A stretch of DNA of 64,000 bases from Prorocentrum cordatum (Eukaryota): the NCBI GenBank assembly GCA_963575745.1, contig CAUYUJ010000225.1, positions 434,001 through 498,000 of the forward strand, written 5' to 3'. Positions 57,471 to 64,000 of this stretch are shown piece by piece; positions within the stretch are counted from its first letter, which is position 1, and each line of letters starts with the position of its first letter. Both the position numbers and the translations under genes were made by a program. The notes beneath the pieces are model-generated. The model did not search any database, was not told the origin of the DNA, and worked only from the letters and a program-made list of their open reading frames with translations.

Positions 57471-58952
57471 ACACACCGCAAGCGGAGCCAAACGCAAGCG
57501 CAGCGCCAGGCGATGTAGGGCACACGAGGGAGAGGATCAAGGAGTGAGGCGGGAGGGAGAGGAGGAAGAGGGAAAGGAACGAGGGTTGGAGGCGCAGGGT
57601 CTGAAGGAGCAGAGTGGCGAGGCGCTGCGCTTGCGCCGCGGCGAGCTTTAAAACTAGCGGAGGCCGCCTGGACTTCTCGAGCGTGCAAGTCGCCCAGGCC
57701 CCCGATCTGCGGCGACGCCACCGCTCGCCAGAAACACTCCAGGACAATATATCCCATGACACCCAATCCAACCGTATGTAAATAATCAACAGCAAATGAT
57801 ACAGGTATACTAAGCCCAAATGCCCCAGACCATAGTGGGTTGCGGTTCCTCATCAACGTTTCACCCGAGACCCGCCAGAATCGGACCTTCGTAGGCGCGA
57901 CCATCTCAGTGTATTTTGATGTATTCGGGAGGTTGGGTTGGGGATGCAGCCTGTCGCCAGCGCACAGGGGCTCGGAGGCAGCATTCAAACGTGGGACAGC
58001 CTTGGTGATGCGGAGCCCCCCCCCCGTATTCTTGCGTCTGTCAGGCTTGCGCTTGTCGAACATAAATTGCCCTTGAGTGAACAATGTAGTCAGCTCGTCC
58101 TGCGTGGTGATATCAACCCAACGTTCAGCCCCCACACAGGCATGTTCATGGGCGTCGATAGCGCGAAGCTGCCACGGCGGATCAGCAGACCGAATCGAGC
58201 TGACGAGTTGTTTTTTTCCGCAGCCCGATCGAGCGACCCCGATCGGCAATGATCGGAGGCACATGCCACCAGCGGCGACCGTCCACGACCAGAGAGCTCG
58301 ACCCCGCTATTCTCATTCCCCCAGCTCTCAAGCCCCCCTATCTGCAACATCACAAGGCGTACCCTCGCCGCCCTCTTGCACATGCAATTTGCGCTCGCTA
58401 AAAAAAAGCAATACCTGTATTGATGCATCGATGCGGCTGTCGTAGTGCATAGCGGGCAAGGGTGTTTCTTGCTTGACCAAGTGGGTGCACCCATATACTG
58501 ACATAAGCCCTCCCAGTCGGACATGACGTAAACTATGGCACCGCGAAATCCAAGAGGGGTCCCTGGAATTTTGCAGTCGCCCCCCGCGAAGCCCAAGTGC
58601 GGCTGCGGCCACATGCCGTTCGCCAGAGCCCCAATGGACCACCGCATAAACGAAAATAAAGCGTACATGCTGCACCATCCCCCGCATCCACAACGACAAG
58701 CCACTTGTTTTCGCAGCACGGCCACGACGTGTCTGCGACCAGTGATCACGTTCGAACACGAAATCACCACGATTGACCGCAACCTACCCGCAGAGGCCGT
58801 ACCGCCGTAAGCAGCGGCATCAATGAAGAGCGCAAGCGGCACCACCATTTCCCCAGTGGCGGCACCAGCCTGCATTATGGGGTGCGTCGTCCACGCGGGC
58901 GGGTACGACCTCTGGCCTAGCTGTGCCTTGTAATCCTTAGGGGTGCGGTATG

Positions 58953-59002
<50 letters not shown>

Positions 59003-59148
59003 TCTCTCTCTCGATATATATATATGTATATATATATACACATATCCCCCGCTCTATCCATCGCTCTCTATATGTTTCGCTCTCTATCTCTATCTCTACA
59101 TCCATCGTGCCATCGCTCTCAATACACATCTCATGAACTCTATCCCCC

Positions 59149-59179
<31 letters not shown>

Positions 59180-59675
59180 TGAGATATCGCTTTATAGCTG
59201 AATCGTTATATGTGTTATCCCCCCGAGCCCGCTTCCCAGACAGGTTGTGCCCAGACAGTCCTCAAACGATGTCGGGGATGCAGTCAGTTCAGCATGCAAC
59301 GACTCGTGCAGCGATCGCACCCGCATATGTATAGTTGCATGACGTTTGAGCTTCAGGTCAAACCCAGGGACATCCATGAACTCTGTCTGAAATGACCAAC
59401 TCTCGAATGTTCGGCCTTATTTTTTTGGCGGCGTTGCCGTTGTGTTTGTCTCGGTCTGCTTCTGGTCGAACACCCCAGCGACTTAAGTCCCCCAACGCGC
59501 CAGCCTCTGCTGCTAGGTAACAAATAGTCCCCATAGCTACGCCCGACATCGGCCTGCCCTCGCAGTACATGCCCTGGAGGAACCTAAGTAGTCTGTTGCC
59601 ATGGGCCCGCCGTGTTTCAAGTGTTGCATGTGGGTCTAGGGCATCGCATGTCCTGCGCCGCTTCTTCGGCGCCAT
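55904..59675 (-). pseudogene. CACTA/Mirage/Plavaka-like DDE transposase, multi-exon, with apparent frameshifts
   Basis: Motifs in expected order: VVPLALFID, CRCGCGGWCS, AIVYVMSDWEGL...HPCPLC, AVDYLHTVGLGV, KPKHHLFWH, GHPRTYATWRDESLN; N-terminal NLS-like MAPKKRRR. Confidence 0.75.
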
Positions 59676-60859
59676 GGTGGGGGCTCGAGCCGATCCACTG
59701 CGAATGCAAGTGCGGGTGCAGATGCGATCTCACGCCGAGGTTTTGCGACCGATGGTTTGGCAGGGGGCAAGCGCCCGAGGGCCCGCCCCCTCGCTGTGGA
59801 CTCGGCCCCCCCCCCCCGAACGCACGGCAGAGTAAATGCGCGGGCGGGGGCTTCGCTAGGCGAGCACGCAGGGGTCGCGACTGCCACATTCACCCCAGCG
59901 GCAGCGGACGTCTACCAGAAGCGAGCCCCCGCCCCGCGCGCAGTGGCACTGTGCAAGGCGTTCATGTATATATAGCAGAAGACATGGTGAGGGGATGGAT
60001 GAGCAGGATTGGGAATGAGGAGGGTGAACGAGAATAAGGGGACAGCGAATACATCCACTAGTAGGATGCTCTAGCATATCAACCAGGTGCCACCTGCAAG
60101 CTCAACCGACGTCCTTCGATCATCAGGAGCCGCGCCAGGCGGCGCGCATGACTGCCGCGGGCCGGATGGGTGAACGTCAGCGGAAGTCAGCGATACGTCA
60201 GCGATGCGTCAGCGATGCGTCAGCGCACGATCCCTGTAAAATAACAGGGTCCGGGGGCCCTGATCAGCGGACGTCAGCGATAGATCAGCGATACGTCAGC
60301 GATGCATCAGCGGACTGCGCACGCATCAATTTCACTTCGCACCCATGCCGGAGACGGACATTTCCGCGCACGCGCAGTACATAAGCATTGCTAGCTGGTC
60401 CGAGCACCCAGTTCCCAGTCTTGTCTGCGTACACCCTAGCCACCCTATCCCGCATCTTAAGGGCACCCCTTATCCCCCGATATATCCTCACTTATGATCC
60501 CATATATCTAAGAGAACGCTCGCGATGCCTGAGCACCCCAGTGCGCGCAGGCGTATGGCAAGAGACTAGACATCCCTGAAAGCCTCTGGTATTATAGCAT
60601 CGCGTTGAACACCGAGCCCGCGACGCGGCCAACGCCGTGCCACCCCTCAGGCGCGCGAACACGCGACGCAGGTAGAATCGGCGGCGCGCAGAAGGGCATG
60701 GGGCGAGGGGGTGACCGCCCGAGATGGCAGGATGCTTCGGGTGCGACTCCAATAAGGAGCGAGTCGGCCGCAAAAAACATCCTCGCGCATTCTCGGCTGC
60801 CCCCCCCACCCGCGCCCGTCCGCGCGCCGCTCGGGCACCTGGGGCAAAGAAGCAGTGCA

Positions 60860-61405
60860 CCTACATCCCCCTCCTGCCCCCCTTCTTGGGGTTCGTCTTG
60901 GTCTTCGTCGCCGCGGTCTTGTTCAGGTTAGCGTGGCAGGTGAGCGCGTTGGCGAGCTTGGTCGAAAACTTCTCGCAGAGGTTCTGAGGGGGTGGACGGG
61001 GGAGGCGGTCGCCCGGATACACACGATGCCGCGAAGCCTCGCACCGTCATCTTGCCATCCCACCACATCCTCATTCTCGTTGCCTTTGTTCTCCTCGTCC
61101 CACCCCGGACGTCATCGTCGTCAGCATCACCCCTTTCCCTGCCTCATGCCCACTGCCCCGAGGCCCCCCCCTCGGCGACGGTCGAGAGCAACGAACTCAC
61201 AGGCGCCACCGCCCACCGCGGGCGGCGGGGGGAGCGAGCGGGGAATGCGGACACATTTGCATGCCACATTGGTCCTTCAAGTCGGACTCGATCTGCTCTG
61301 CCTGCGCAATGACCGCCTGCTCGCCACCGACGTGGGCCCAGATCTGCGGGGGGGGGGGGGCGAGGCGTCAACGACGGTCGACGCCAGTGACGACTTAAGA
61401 CGACG

Positions 61406-61471
<66 letters not shown>

Positions 61472-64000
61472 GACACAACCGACGCCGCCGCCGCCGACGA
61501 TACGAGACGCCGCCGACGACGACGATCGTCGACGACAACGACGATCGTCACGACGACGCTGACGACGGTTAAAGCGACGGCGACAGCGGCGGCAACGAGC
61601 GCAGATCGCCTCGGCCTGCTTCACCCCGTTCATGAGGTCCTTCCCCAGCGGCGTGGACTTGGCCTTCGTCCGTGCCTCATCTGCGAGGTCGGTGATGGCA
61701 CCGAGGATCTCGGGGGTCCGTGCCCACTTCCACGCGTCCTCGGTGCCGATCGTTGCCGTCAAGCTATCCGACTGGCTAAGGGACGACTGCAGGCCACAGA
61801 TGATCCTCCTGGCCGCGGCCATCTTCAGCTGTGCAGGGCTCTTCTCCTTCTTGCCAGATGGTTCTGGCGGCTCCTCTTGGTATGATTCCTCATCGTCAGT
61901 TCCCTCCTCAGCGTCGTGCTGCGGCGCGCTCGCACGCCTCCTCTTGGGCTTGCGGCGCGGCTGCTCCTCGGGCGCTGGCGCCTGGGCCCTCCTCCTCTTC
62001 CTCCTCGGCGGCGCGCGTGGCTGCAGCGCGCCATCCTGGGCCTCCTGGGCCTCCTGCTCCTGGCCCTTGGCGGCCGCCGCAGCCTGCCACTCGGGGGGGG
62101 CGCCGCCCTGCGCGGGCCCCGCGGATGAGCTCCCGCCAGCGGCCAGCGCTGCCCGCGGGCCAGTCAAGATGCCGATCGACGTGAGCCTATGCGCGATATC
62201 CTGGTCGGCGCACTCATTCTGCACCTGGAACTCCTGCGGTGGACCAAAAAGAAAGAGAAGGGGAACGGGGGGCGGAAGAGCAGGAGGAGGCGGAGGCGTG
62301 GGATGAGGAGGAGGAGGAGTAGGATCGAGGAGGAGGAGGAGGAGGAGGAGAAGTGGGAGGAGGAGGAGAAGGAGGAGGAGGAGGAGGAGGAAGAGGAGGA
62401 GGAGGATAGCGCAGCGGCAGCGGCAGAGAAGGGCGAGCAGGAGGACATCGGGCGGAAGGAGGAGGAAGGAGGAGGAGGAGGAGGAGGAGGAGGAGGAGGA
62501 GGAATAAGAAGAGGAGGAGACCAGTCCTGCCACCTCTTCTCAAAGCGCTCGCTGTATTTCATTTCGAAGTGCATGAATTTGACCCCTTTGTGGAACATAT
62601 CGCGCTGCACGAACGGGTATCCGAGCTCCACGCACTTCAGCGCGTGGATGCTGATGTTCTGCAGCGTTTCCGGATCCGTATGCCCCGAAGGGCCTCCTGT
62701 TGGGTGAGCGGGCGGCATCCCCCTCCTCCACCCTCCTCCTCCTCCTCCTCATCCTCCTCCTCCTCCTCCTCCTCCTCCTCCTCCCCCTCCTCCTCCTCCT
62801 CCTCCTCCTCCTCCTGTTCCTCATCGCCTCCTCCCCCCTCGCCATCGCCATTGTCACCCTCCATCCCCTCCATCCACTCACCTGTTTATTTAGCTCTTCC
62901 CGCGGCCCACCGCCTATCCCCATCCATCTTCCACATCCATGCTCTTCCCCGTCCTGAGCCCCCTCATCCCCTTCCCCCTCCCCCATTGGGCACGTGCCCG
63001 GAAGCGCAGTCCTTCGAGCTCTGCCATCTTCAGGAAGGACACGCACCTGCCATCCTTGAGCCACTCGTCCGAGCGGGAGGTGCTGAAGACCTTCTGGCGA
63101 GCGACAGCGCCCTTGTACTCATTTTTGGCCCACTTGGCCTGTCGATGTCTCATATTCCTCCTCCTCCCCTCCCTCCTCCTCCTCCTCTCCTCATCCACCC
63201 TCCCCAACTCCTCCTCCTCCTCCTCCTCCTCCACGTCCTCCCTCCGCCTCGTCCTGCATCCTCCTCGTCCTCCTCGTCATCCTTGCCCTCCTCCGCATCG
63301 CCATACGTCGGCCCACTCCTCATCCTCTTCCTCCTTCTCCTCCTCCTCCTCCTCTCTCATTCTCCTCCACCCCCCTCCCCTCCTCCTGCACATTCCCGCC
63401 CTTCTCATCGTACCCCCTTTCCCCCGCGTGCCCGCCTTAACCGCATCAGGGTCAGGTGCGGTCGCCAGCTCCTTGCGCAACTTGGCACTCTTGTCGCAGG
63501 CCCTCTTGAACCTCCACCCGACCATGGACCTCGCCTTGAAGATGCCGTTCAGGTTGTCCACGCAGTGGATCAGCTCGGCGTCGCCTGCAGACTGCCGCTT
63601 CTGCTGCCGCTTCTGATCGGGGCGCGCCCCTGTCGGCGTCGTCGGCCCGCTCTGCGGCTCCTTCAAGCCGTGGTGAGCAGGCTTCTCCCCGAGGCGCTGG
63701 GCGATCGCGGCGAAAGCCAGTGCATGGGGCTCCCGCGGCGGCGTGACGTCTGGCGCACGCGGGCCGCGCGCCCTGGGCGTGACGGCGGGCGTGGGCACAT
63801 CGCTCCGCGCACTCTGCTCCTCTAAGGCCTTCTCCCTCTCCTCATTCTCGCGCTGCTCCTTCATCTGCTGTTTCCACTCGTATGCGTGCCCAGCGTCGTC
63901 CAGCGTGGAAACGTCATCAGCTGCCTCTGAGTGGCTCTCGTCATCAGCTGCCTCGGGGTGGCTCTTCGTATTGTCATCAGCTGCCTCGGGGTGGCTCTTC
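60860..64000 (-). CDS. Multi-exon hypothetical gene, 5' end outside the window
   Basis: Exons 63436-64000, 63012-63138, 62527-62696 and ~61610-62233 splice in frame using GC (63435), GA (63011) and GA (62526) donors with AG|G acceptors. Further probable exons lie near 61260-61345 and 60860-60985. No family recognised. Confidence 0.7.

Noticed and set aside
50195..60580. TIRs for the CACTA/Plavaka-like element (CAGGGAT at ~50208 versus ATCCCTG at ~60572)
   Set aside because: Only a 7-bp match with no TSD; not enough support.

Overview
This is eukaryotic, GC-rich, repeat-dense DNA. GA-AG and GC-AG introns, microsatellite-filled introns and tiny exons point to a dinoflagellate-type genome (inferred). 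The main object is a ~28.1-kb segment (5124-33233) bounded by perfect 28-bp terminal inverted repeats (TIRs), each flanked by TA, with arrays of subterminal palindromes. It encodes a pogo-type DD35D transposase fused to an OTU-like module. It also carries co-oriented, mostly intronless cargo ORFs: an EEP nuclease-like protein, a degenerate EEP paralog, a ParB-like/SET-like protein and several orphans. A strand-polarised hairpin, stem-CCGC[TGCT]GCGG-stem, recurs dozens of times inside the segment and I did not see it outside. The segment spans a 100-N gap and contains internal duplications, so its true length and unity need read support. Elsewhere there are: a broken Helitron-type PIF1 helicase (0.7-2.6 kb); three exons of a host DEAH-box RNA helicase; several satellites, including a CRISPR-looking 91-bp hairpin/AT-spacer array; and a second cluster with a CACTA/Plavaka-like transposase directly followed by a C5 DNA-methyltransferase-like gene. 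All protein calls come from motifs read by eye; no searches were run.
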